Assembly: GCF_020745735.1 (NCBI RefSeq)
Contig: NC_083403.1
Coordinates: 113,478,526 to 113,542,525 of the forward strand
DNA: 64,000 nucleotides
Source of the DNA: Hemiscyllium ocellatum
Taxonomy: Eukaryota
Direction: 5' to 3'
Positions within the stretch are counted from its first letter, which is position 1. Each line of letters opens with the position of its first letter. Below, one piece after another: positions 54,131 through 64,000 of this stretch. The notes under the pieces were generated by a model. That model worked only from the letters and a program-made list of their open reading frames with translations, ran no database searches and was not told where the DNA came from. The translations under genes were made by a program, and so were the position numbers.

Positions 54131-56827
54131 TGTGCTGTGTTCGATTGAGTCTGTTTACAACTGATGTTTACTGTGCTTGATTAGTTAAGTCTGACTGTGA
54201 ACTCAGAGAAAACTAAACACACCATACATGTTGCTGGGGAAAAAAAAGTCAGCGTATAGCAGAATGTTTTTTAAAAGGTGCTTGTCAATAAAGTTTCTAG
54301 AAACGTAAAATAATTAATGCGCCATCATTGCATAGGTCAGAGTGGTAACAGAAAAAAAAGTCAACACAGAGCAGAGAAACTAGGGATGAGATGGAGAGTA
54401 AGGGGCATGACTAACATGAGATATGTAGCATAGTATTGCATTTTTGTTCAACTGTATTTTTTACCAATTGGAGTTAGTTCCAATGGGTCACGTCGAGCAT
54501 GTGTAATCTCACAGTCAGAGTTGCAGGCAATGCTCACCAATACTCCCAGTGAGCACAGGATCACAGAATTATTCCTAACACAGACAGCGTAGATTGAATT
54601 TCAGTGCATAAATGATGAAGGTGCATGGAATAAATCTGAGCAGTTGAGTAGTACAGCACTGGGCATGGGATAAGAGAGAATGTTGGTTTAAAAAGCAAGG
54701 TAACAGACAATTTTGAAGGTGCCACTAAAAAAATAGAAACAGAGTTGAGAGTCTGGCAGTGAGATATGAAACATAATCTCATGAAACATTAATTAAAACC
54801 CAGCTCCTTTTTGAGGACAATAGTTTTATTTAATAAAACTGCTATTGCATCCATGGCCACTTATTGTACTTATGTCAGGAGATTATTAACATAGACCATA
54901 ATTCTCAATGTCTCACACTTTGTGAGTGATTATTTTTCTGAATTTAATTTACTATTAATGAAATAGGTCTTGAAAATATATTGAACAGAACTGGTACATC
55001 TGACAGATATGGGTTAAATAGACAATCTCTAAGGATTCACAAAGTTGCAGTGTGAATTTGACATGTGTGGCTTGTATGTCTTTGATGGATGTTAAAGCAG
55101 TTTTATAATAAAGCCTCTTTACAATTACAATTGGATTGTTCAAAAAGGAACACTTTTCACTTCGAATTCATGTGATGAGTACCAGAAAAAAATACTGTTT
55201 CGATATGAATTATTCTTCCTTATCCTTTGGTAAATGTTACATAGTGCAGTAAAATTGAAATCAGTATACTGTAAAAGTGTACGCCAAGGAAGGTTAAAGC
55301 TGAAACGGAAGGTGATAAATAAAATGATTGAATTTCAAATTTGGATCATTGTGCTCATTTATTGTATGGCTGCTGCTCTCAGGGGCATTTAGAAGTCTTG
55401 TAAAATGGTACAGGCACAATTCCTTCCTGGGCCTTTTCTGTGAAGAATTCTATAAGTAGATAGAAGGAACCATAAAATCAAGCAGAAACAGTCTGGATAT
55501 TTATGATCATTAATGAGAATTGATTAGCAAATGTGCCCATGCAATTTCATTATCTTTACTTGTTCCTAAACATGTGTTATTAGCCAAGGGTAAACAATTA
55601 TAGTTTCACCACAACACATTTTGCAGGCTCCAATTTTCTTTCTGCTACTGGAATACTGCTGAAATTCACATTTCATACCATTGTTCTGGACCCGCAGACT
55701 TCTTATTAATACTTCACTTCAGCGTGCTTGACTGGTTGCTGCAAACAACTGTCAATATGCAGTACTTACAGTTAAGAGCCAATTTAGTGGAGGTATTCCA
55801 ACTATGAAGGCTTTTGAATGAGTGAATTGGGAGGAACTGTCTCAGCTGGTGGGAGGGACAGTTAGCCAAAGGGCAGCAATTTAAAATAATTAGCAAAGGA
55901 CTTTGAGGGCTGAGTAGATTTTTTTTCATTGAAAGCTACGACCTGAAAGATGATGGAAACAAATTAAACAAAATCTATACAATAGGGAACTGGATATATT
56001 AAAAAGGGAACATGGGTCGATTTATGTGGGAAGGGAATAACTTGTTCTAAGAGGTACCAGTGGTGTCAAGAAGTCTCTTTCTGTACGATGTGGTTTGATA
56101 CTTACCAACATTAAATGCACTTCATCGAGTATTTAACTAAAGATAGTTAGAATTTGTTCATTAAAAAAAAATGCTTCATGATAGGTACTTAGTTGTCAAA
56201 AATCAATTGTTTAAACAAATCAAAAGGTGAGGAATGGAAGCCATGCAGTTATTATTCTCACCACCTTACTGGGCACATCAGCGGACTATATTTTATGGAT
56301 CCATGATAACAGAAATGATTGAAAACAACAAACAAAAACAGGAGTTAAAACTGGCTCTGACATTCAACTTGGTATGTCTGTCACTCACACATTACCATCA
56401 ACTCTTGGGATTAATCTTGCTTTGATGAGCAATGAAGAGTATGACAGGAGGAGCAGCAGGTATTGCTACAAATGGAGCCTTAACCTGAGGAAGCTACAAC
56501 AGAAGACTGCGTGCATACTAAACAGTGAAATCAGCACGCTATTGACAGAGCAGAGGTTATCCCAAAAGCAACGAAGCAGATCAAAGATTTGAAGTCCTGC
56601 CTTATAAGTTCATAAATGGTGCTTTACAATTAAAGAAAGCTAAAGTGAAAGTTGCTATACACCTAGCATACCATAGGGTGCTTTCTCATTATGAAAAAAA
56701 TACAACTAATGGTGAGTCTAACCTGACGGTCAAAGCACCTCAGCAAAGGGGCAGGACCTTAATGATGACCTTAGTTCATATAGGAATTGAATCTGTACTT
56801 ATGCTATCACTCTACATCACAAACAGG

Positions 56828-56924
56828 CTCAAGATTAGAGTGATGCTGGAAAAGCATAGCAGGTTAGGCAGCAGCCGAAGAGCAGGAAAATCGGTGTTTC
56901 GGGCAAAAGTTCTTCATTAGGAAT
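56828..56924 (-). mobile_element. PLE family A fragment
   Basis: Reverse complement of the family A unit, ending at the hammerhead 5' side (aggaat). Confidence 0.75.
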
Positions 56925-57173
56925 GCACAAGCTGTCCATTCAGAAGAATTTCAAAGTTGAGAAGGCTCCAGGAACATTCCCATCTTCAAACCTGGAGAAG
57001 TCCAGCACAAGTTCAAAATCAAAGCATCTGTAAGCATCTTCAGCTGGAAGTCTTGAATGAATGAATCATCTCAGCCTTTAGTGAAGTCCCATCGTCATTC
57101 TTCAGCTAATTCAATTCATTACAAGTAGTTTTGAGAAAGATCTGATCACACTAGATTGCAAAGATTGTATGTC

Positions 57174-57278
57174 GAGATTAGAGTGGTGCTGAAAAAGCAC
57201 AACAGGTCAGGCAGCAGCCGAATAGCAGGGAAATCGGTATTTCGGGCAGAAGTCCTTCATCAGTCCTCACTTTCACCC
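57174..57278. mobile_element. PLE family A, inverted body with 3' tail stub
   Basis: Perfect 17-bp TSD tgcaaagattgtatgtc at 57157-57173 and 57279-57295. Junction through a cag microhomology at 57261-57263. Confidence 0.85.
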
Positions 57279-57295
57279 TGCAAAGATTGTATGTC

Positions 57296-58710
57296 CTGAC
57301 AATATTCCAGATAAAAGCATCAGAAAATAGGAAGAAAGACTTGTGCTCCAGAACTAATTGCACCTTGAGTCAAACTATTTTTGATCAGCTCCAACACTGG
57401 AACCTAACCAATAAATTACTTGGAGAACTGTTCCTTTACTGTCCACAAAATGTAGGATAAATTGAATTTGTCTAATTATTGCCCATCCACCTGTTCTCAA
57501 TTATCAGAAAAAAATGAAATGTATCATTGACAATGCTACCAACAAGCACTTACTCAGCTCAAATCCAGTTATGAATGCTTATTTTGATTTCTTCCAGAGC
57601 CACTTGAATGCAGACTTTGTTATAGCCTTTATCCAAAAATGGACAAAAGAGGTGAATTCTAGAGTTGAGGTGACAGTAAATACCTTTGATATTTAGGCAA
57701 CACTTGATTGAACATGACATTGTAAAGTGACAGTGAAATTGACATGAACAGAGGTCACTGGAAAACAGTGAATTGAGTCTCTACAGCAGGTAGGAAGATG
57801 GCTGTAGTTGTTGGTTGCCAATTATCTTAGTTTCAGGATATCACTGCAAGAGTTTTGCAGGCTAGTGTCCTTGACCCAACCATCTTCAGCTGCTTAATTA
57901 ATCACCTTCCCTACAACATGAGTTCTAAAATCAGGATGTTTAGTTCCACTCACCACTTAGAGGAAATGAACAATCTGTGCCTTCATGTATCAAGAGCAAA
58001 ACAATAGTAAGCTTTGTGGTGATACGTGATAAATAACATTGTGCTACATGAGCACTAGGCAATAACCATTTCCAACAACAATGCCTTTGCCATTCAATGG
58101 CATTACCTTGCTGAATCTGCAACCATCAATATCCCAGAAGTATCAGCCACATAAATACTGTGACCAACAAGAGTGGGTCAGAGGTAGATATTCCATAGTA
58201 AGTACTCGCTTACTGACTACCTAAATCCCATCTACCATCCACATGGCACAAGTCTGATGGAATTATCTTCATGTGCCTGGACAAGTTCATCCAATAATGC
58301 TCAAGGTGCTATACACCATCCGGGATGGAGCAGGTTGCTAGATTGACATCCGATGCATCACCTTAAACATTTACGCACTCCACCATGGGCGTGCAGAGTC
58401 AGCAATGTGCATTATCTACAAGACGCACAACAAGAATTTTCTGAGGCTTCATCGACAACACCTCCCAAACTCATGATCTCTGACACCAAGATAGTCAAGC
58501 ACAGCAGATGCATGAGAAGAACACCATTTATATGTTCTCCTCCAAGCCACATACCAAGTCACATATCACTGTTCCTTTACTGTCGCTGGGTCAAAATCTT
58601 GGATTTCCCATACCTTGAGGAGATAGATGGCAGACTCATCACTGCCTTCTCAAGGGCAACTGGGGATGGGCAATAAGTGTCTTCCCTGCCCATTACGCAT
58701 GAAAGAATTA
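57296..58710 (+). mobile_element. Second CR1/L2-group LINE, decayed RT to 3' end, extending left to about 56950
   Basis: ORF 57514..57696 reads ...FIQKWTKEVNSRVEVTVNTFDI, an RT motif region. 3' UTR resembles 20340-20430. Confidence 0.72.
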
Positions 58711-58884
58711 GACGATTACCAAGAATGCTTGTTAATCTATGACTGAATGAAAAAAGTATTTCTGTGATTATCTATGAGATCAAAAACTCAACCAAAAATC
58801 ATATGTGTTTCTTTGAACTTCACTAAACACAAATTGCAAGTGTGAAAACTTATTTAGAACAAAGAAGAACAAAGAAATTTGCAC

Positions 58885-59080
58885 AGAATCTCTATAGTGT
58901 GTAAACAGGCCATTTGGCCCAATAAGTCCACACCAACTCTCCGAAGAGTATCCCAGCCAGACCCATTCCCATACCATATTACTCTACACCTACCCCTGAC
59001 TAGTGCACATAGCCTACACATCCCTGAACACTATGGGCAATTTAGCATGACCAATTCACCTAACCTGCACATCTTTGTGT
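58885..59080 (-). mobile_element. HE1-related SINE, 3' half
   Basis: Reverse complement of 9895-10080. Confidence 0.8.
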
Positions 59081-60177
59081 TTGTCAAATCCCAGTTAAAA
59101 TATAATTATGTGATATTCTGATTGCTTTAGCAATACTGAGCAGTAGGTCTTTTTTGAAAGAAGACCTTGATGATCATGTATCTGCACTGATCTAGACAAT
59201 GATTTTTTTTACTGTGATCATTGAAATTAATTTTCAAAAGTTGAAAAATCCTCAAATTATAGTTGATCAGAGCATTTCTTAGCATTACATAATGGCATGC
59301 ATCGTATACCATGGTTTGAAAAGTATGGCAAGAATTATAAGTAAACATTTGTATACTGTGTCAGCTGGTGGTGTAACATTTTGGCTTAGCTAGCCAGTTC
59401 ATGCACAAGCAAAATAATGTAAAATTTTTTAAAATCTTTCAACATAAGCATGCCAACAATCTCATTCCATTTCTTCTGATGGGATTTCTGATTCAATTCT
59501 TCTGACATTTTTCAACATGTAAATAATCCAAGTTACTTCAATCAGCAACACTTCACTACTGTAAAAATGAATGAACATAGGAGAGGGTAATATTCATTCC
59601 AATGAATAGATGCAATCTAAATATTAATTTTAATAGATTACGTTGACCTTGAAGTTTTTAAGGTAGCTTTGTTCAGAAAAATGCATTGTGCCAAGAAGCA
59701 GAAAACCTGGAAGGAGCGTGCAGACTGAGGTGACACCGTCCAGTTTGTGAGTGGAATAGAACTATTGCACTTTTCAGTTCAGTCAGAGAGAATCAGCCCA
59801 TTATTGCTGTCACTCTCTTGTCCTTGCTCATTCTCAGCAAAGAGCATGAAGTGAAAACCCAAAGAAACTTATTTGTGCAGGTTTCCTGAAGAAGATTCAT
59901 TAGATTCTCCCCCACTAACGTCAGTAAAGGGAATTCAGCCAGATACAACTGCTACGGGAAGTCAATGCAATGCCCAACACTTCTGCATGCAGAATAATTT
60001 TGGTCACAGCAAAATTTGGGACAATCCATGACTCATCCTTTTCTCATGAGTTTAACTATTATTTGAAAGTACTTCAAAATTAACATACTGCTGAGTTTCT
60101 TTTGTCTCTCCTCTGAATTACAGGTATGTTAGTTTCTCTGAAGAGCAACATATTATTTGCCGGATTCAACCTATTTT

Positions 60178-60475
60178 TAGATTACTTACAGTGTGGAAAC
60201 AGGCCCTTCGGCCCAACAAGTCCACACCGACCCGCCACCCACCCATACATTTACCCCTTACCTAACACTACGGGCAATTTAGCATGGCCAATTCACCTGA
60301 CCCGCACATCTTTGGACTGTGGGAGGAAACTGGAGCACCCGGAGGAAACCCACGCAGACACGGGGAGAAGATGCAAACTCCACACAGTCAGTCGCCTGAG
60401 TCGGGAATTGAACCCGGGTCTCAGGCACTGTGAGACAGCAGTGCTAACCACTGTGCCACCGTGCCACCCACCGTG
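60178..60475 (-). mobile_element. HE1 SINE, full length and little diverged
   Basis: Head, V-domain and tail intact, with many CpGs retained. Confidence 0.93.
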
Positions 60476-60511
60476 TCTCCTGGTCTCTTTGCTTGACAAA
60501 ATGTATTTTTA

Positions 60512-60608
60512 AGTCAAGATTAGAGTGGTGCTGGAAATGCACAGCAAGTCAGGCAGCATCTAAGGAGCAGGAAAATCGATGTTTTGGCAGGACCCCTTCA
60601 TCAGGAAT
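60512..60608 (-). mobile_element. PLE family A fragment
   Basis: agtcaagattagagtggtgctgg...cttcatcaggaat. Confidence 0.78.
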
Positions 60609-61170
60609 GAATTTCTTATTAGTCATAAATTAGTTGAATGGTGTTGACGATAAAATCCTGGCTGACTTTGTTGTCAATACCAAATCTGACAAAAAGTGAC
60701 ACTATTGTTTCCTGTGTCACCAAGATGCTTAATACTACTTTTGTGACTAGGACTGGGACCAGAAAAGGTGCATCCTTCCACCCTCTACAGTAACATCATT
60801 CTCCACTCTATTGCAGAAAAGGCATCAACAATTTTCAACACCAACAAATCCTATGCCCAATGAAGAAAAATGACAGTCTCTGCACAAAGCACACAAAAGT
60901 CAATAAATTTAGGAAGTGTTAATCCTCAATCTTCATCAACTTGCTCAGCAAAATTAATGAATTCAATGCTGGAAATATTAATGCAGATTTTGTGAAGAGT
61001 ATAATCAATGACAAAGATGGAAATAAACGATAAATACTTAATAATGGCTGTTTATCTTAGTAAAATATAGATCGTGTTTGCTAAGTTCTTCTTTCACTCT
61101 TGTGTGTTTTTTCAGTGCTGCCCTTATTATGTTTGAATAAGAAACAAAGGTAGGCCACTTGGCCCTTCAA

Positions 61171-61253
61171 GGCGAAAGTGAGGACTGCAGATGCTGGAGA
61201 TCAGAGCCAAGATTAGAGTGGTGCTGGAAAAGCACAGCAGGTCAGGCAGCATC
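61171..61253 (-). mobile_element. PLE family A 3' fragment inserted in a CR1 tail
   Basis: ggcgaaagtgaggactgcagatgctgg...ggcagcatc. Confidence 0.78.
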
Positions 61254-61347
61254 TCTGCCATTCAGCGAGACCATGGTTGATCTGACTTAATCTGAACGCT
61301 ATATTCTTGCACACTCCCAATACTTTTTCATCCCTTAGGTTGGCTAC

Positions 61348-61525
61348 CACTAGCTTGCAGAGTGCTATTCCTTCATCAGGTGGCTGTGGAACAGGATCTT
61401 AAGACACAGAATGTGTGTCTTAGGATTCTGTTCCACAGCTATCTGATGAAGGAACAGTGCTTCAAAAACTTGTGTTTCCATGTACATCTGTTGGACTATA
61501 ACCTGGTGTTGTGTGATTTGTAACA
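61348..61525. mobile_element. PLE family B fold-back palindrome, diverged
   Basis: Arms centred near 61411. tcatcag at 61373-61379 and CTGATGA at 61443-61449. Confidence 0.75.
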
Positions 61526-61894
61526 TCATGAATCAAAAAACACATAAGTAGCTGTGCCATTGTTCGAAATCACTCCACTCAAGGGTGTAACTGTCTGCTA
61601 TATTTTGTTACACTTGAGAAGAGCCAGGCTGCAGTCAGGAATTCAGAATCACAATGATAAATCTAGATACCGACTCAGGGGTGCAACATGCAAGTGTCCT
61701 AACATAATGGTTTTAACTTGAATTCATCAGTGGTGCCCGCAGCAAGAGAGTTCAGTAATGTCTGGGAACCTGAAGCTTTGACAGTGGCAAGTCTATATTC
61801 AAGCCCATAGAGATTGGAAAAGTCTGTCTCAGGTATGAGTGTCTCAATGACGCAGGACTTTGTGCTGATCATGACAAACATGCAATTATTTACT

Positions 61895-63610
61895 TGCATT
61901 GCCACTTTCAGGGAGCTATGGAATTGGATCCCAAGATCCCTCCATATATCAACGCTCCAAAGGTTTCTAGCATTTTCTGTATATTTTCATCTTGCATTTA
62001 ATCTTCCAAAATGGATCACCTCACTCTTGTTCAGATTAAATCCCATCAACATTCCAAATGTTCTATATCTTCCTGCATTCTTGAACAACCTTCCTCGACA
62101 TCCACAACTTCAAGAGATTTTGTGCCATCTGCAAACTTACTAATCAGACCATCTATTTTTTTCATCAAAATTGAGTCAGGAGAACACCCTTTCACAGCTA
62201 CTCTCTGTCTGCTATGATCAAGCCAATTTTGTATCCAATTTGCCAACTCATCATGGATTCCGCGCAATTTAATTTTCTGGATCAGCCTACAATGAATGAC
62301 CTTCTCAAATGCATTAGTGAAATCCATGCAGACAACAGCCATTGTCCTACCCTGACCTATCATCTTTGTTGCTTTATCAAAAAGCTCAATCAGATTTGTG
62401 AGACAAGAAGTCCCCTACAAAAAAAACATGCTGACTATCTCTAATAAGTCCACTGTTCTCCAAATAGGTGTAAATCCTGTTCCTAAGAATCTTCTCTAAT
62501 AATTTTCCACCACTGACACTAGGCATTTAGGCCTATAATAGCTTGGATTATCCCTGCTGCCCTTCCTAAACAAAGGAAAAAACATTGGCTCATCTCCAGC
62601 CTTGCAAGTGGCTAAAAAGGATGCAAAGATTTCTGACAAAGTCCCGGTAATCTTTTCTTTTGACTCTTTCAGTCTTCTGGGATAGATCCCAACAGGCCCT
62701 GGGGATTTATCTACTTTGATGCTTTTCAAGGCATCCATCACCTCCTCCTTGAGATTGATGTGCCCCCAGAATATCAACATACCTCTCTCTCTCTCTCTCC
62801 ACATTTCTACGGCCCTTCTCTTATCTTACCACCGTCCATGTCCTTCTCCTTCGTGAATACCAACATGAAGTACTCATTAAGGATCTCACTCATTTCTTGC
62901 TCCAGGCAGAAATTCCCTCTCTCATTCTTGAATGGATTGACCCTTTCCCTAGTTATCCTCTTGTTCCTAGTACATGTATAAAATGACATAGGATTTTCCT
63001 CAACCCGACTTGCCAAGGACATTTTGTGGCACCTTCTAGCCTTCCTAATTTCTTGTTTAGGCTCTTTTCTGCTTCCTCAAGGACCTTATTTGATTTTAAT
63101 TTCCTAAACTTTACATATACTTCTTTTTTTGTGACCAGATTTTCAATTAATCTAGTCAACCAAGGTTACCAAATCTTGTCATCTTTACCTTTCATTCATG
63201 TAGGAACATGCTGGTCCTCAACTGTGACCAGCTGGCCTTTCAAAGACTCCCGCGTGTCAGATAAGGATTTACCCTCAAATAGCCACCTCAAATCTAATTT
63301 CTCCAGTTCCTGCTTCATATTGTTGTAATTCGTCTTCACCCAAGTTAGCACTTTCACCCAACGACTAGTCTTATCCTTGTCCATAGCTATCTTAAAACTT
63401 ACAGAATTATGATCACTATTCCCAAAACGCTTCCCAATGAAACTTTGGTCACCTGGCCAGGTTCATTCACAAATACAACATCTAATATAGTCCTTTCTCT
63501 AGTTTAACTATCTTTATATTGTTTCAAGAAACCCTCCTGGATGTACCTAAAAATTCTGCCCCGTCTAAGCCCTTGACTCGAAGGGGGTCCCAGTCAATTT
63601 TGGGGAATAT
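61895..63610 (-). mobile_element. CR1/HER1 LINE, decayed ORF2
   Basis: Minus-strand ORFs contain KSPGPVGIYPR, MDFTNAFEKV and SKFADGTK. Confidence 0.9.
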
Positions 63611-63964
63611 TGACTTATGTTCAGTGATAAACCATTATTCAGAACCACTACTACAAGGGAGGCATTTTAAACCAAAGAAGCCTAAATTTCATGCAAGTAT
63701 GAAATCCAATTTCCTTAAAAAAAGTCCTTGTGTAACCAAAACGCAACTATAAAATTCTACTTTTTCTTTGAGTAACATGACATAACCTAGTTAATTCAGA
63801 GTAGTTCAAACTTTCATTTTTCAATTTATATTTCAAATAAAATTTAGGTAGCTCTTACGAGAGTCTTGAAGGGTTAGAATTTATATATGAATCCTAACAA
63901 TTTAGCTGTTGGTCTTATTTTCTCAACAGTGACAAAGCTTGTGTATCTTCAGATATCAGTACAG

Positions 63965-64000
63965 TTACTTACAGTGTGGAAACAGGCCCTTGGGCTAAAC
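63965..64000 (-). mobile_element. HE1 SINE 3' tail, truncated by the window edge
   Basis: ttacttacagtgtggaaacaggccc. Confidence 0.8.

Overview
Vertebrate genomic DNA, inferred to be a cartilaginous fish (shark) from its HE1 SINE and CR1/HER1-type repeats. The window lies inside a large minus-strand gene. Four internal coding exons (51168-50965, 35504-35380, 34865-34769, 32397-32293) splice in frame into one Sushi/CCP domain and a complete CUB domain, best matching CSMD1. One intron has a GC donor. I found no further exons, so the rest appears intronic and is dominated by decayed mobile elements: HE1 and Deu-type SINEs, two CR1-group LINE families, a Rex1-like LINE, PIF/Harbinger remnants and Penelope-like elements (PLEs). 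Nearly all ORFs in the supplied track are spurious or LINE debris. The most notable hidden structure is a set of more than 15 short insertions in four sequence families, each family carrying a minimal hammerhead ribozyme core (CUGAnGA, stem II, GAAA, palindromic stem III, UH). Many are TSD-flanked fold-back palindromes in which the inverted arm lacks a constant tail of about 34 nt. One family is physically attached to a decayed GIY-YIG Penelope ORF. Family names and orthology are from recognition, not database searches. Repeat boundaries without TSDs are approximate.
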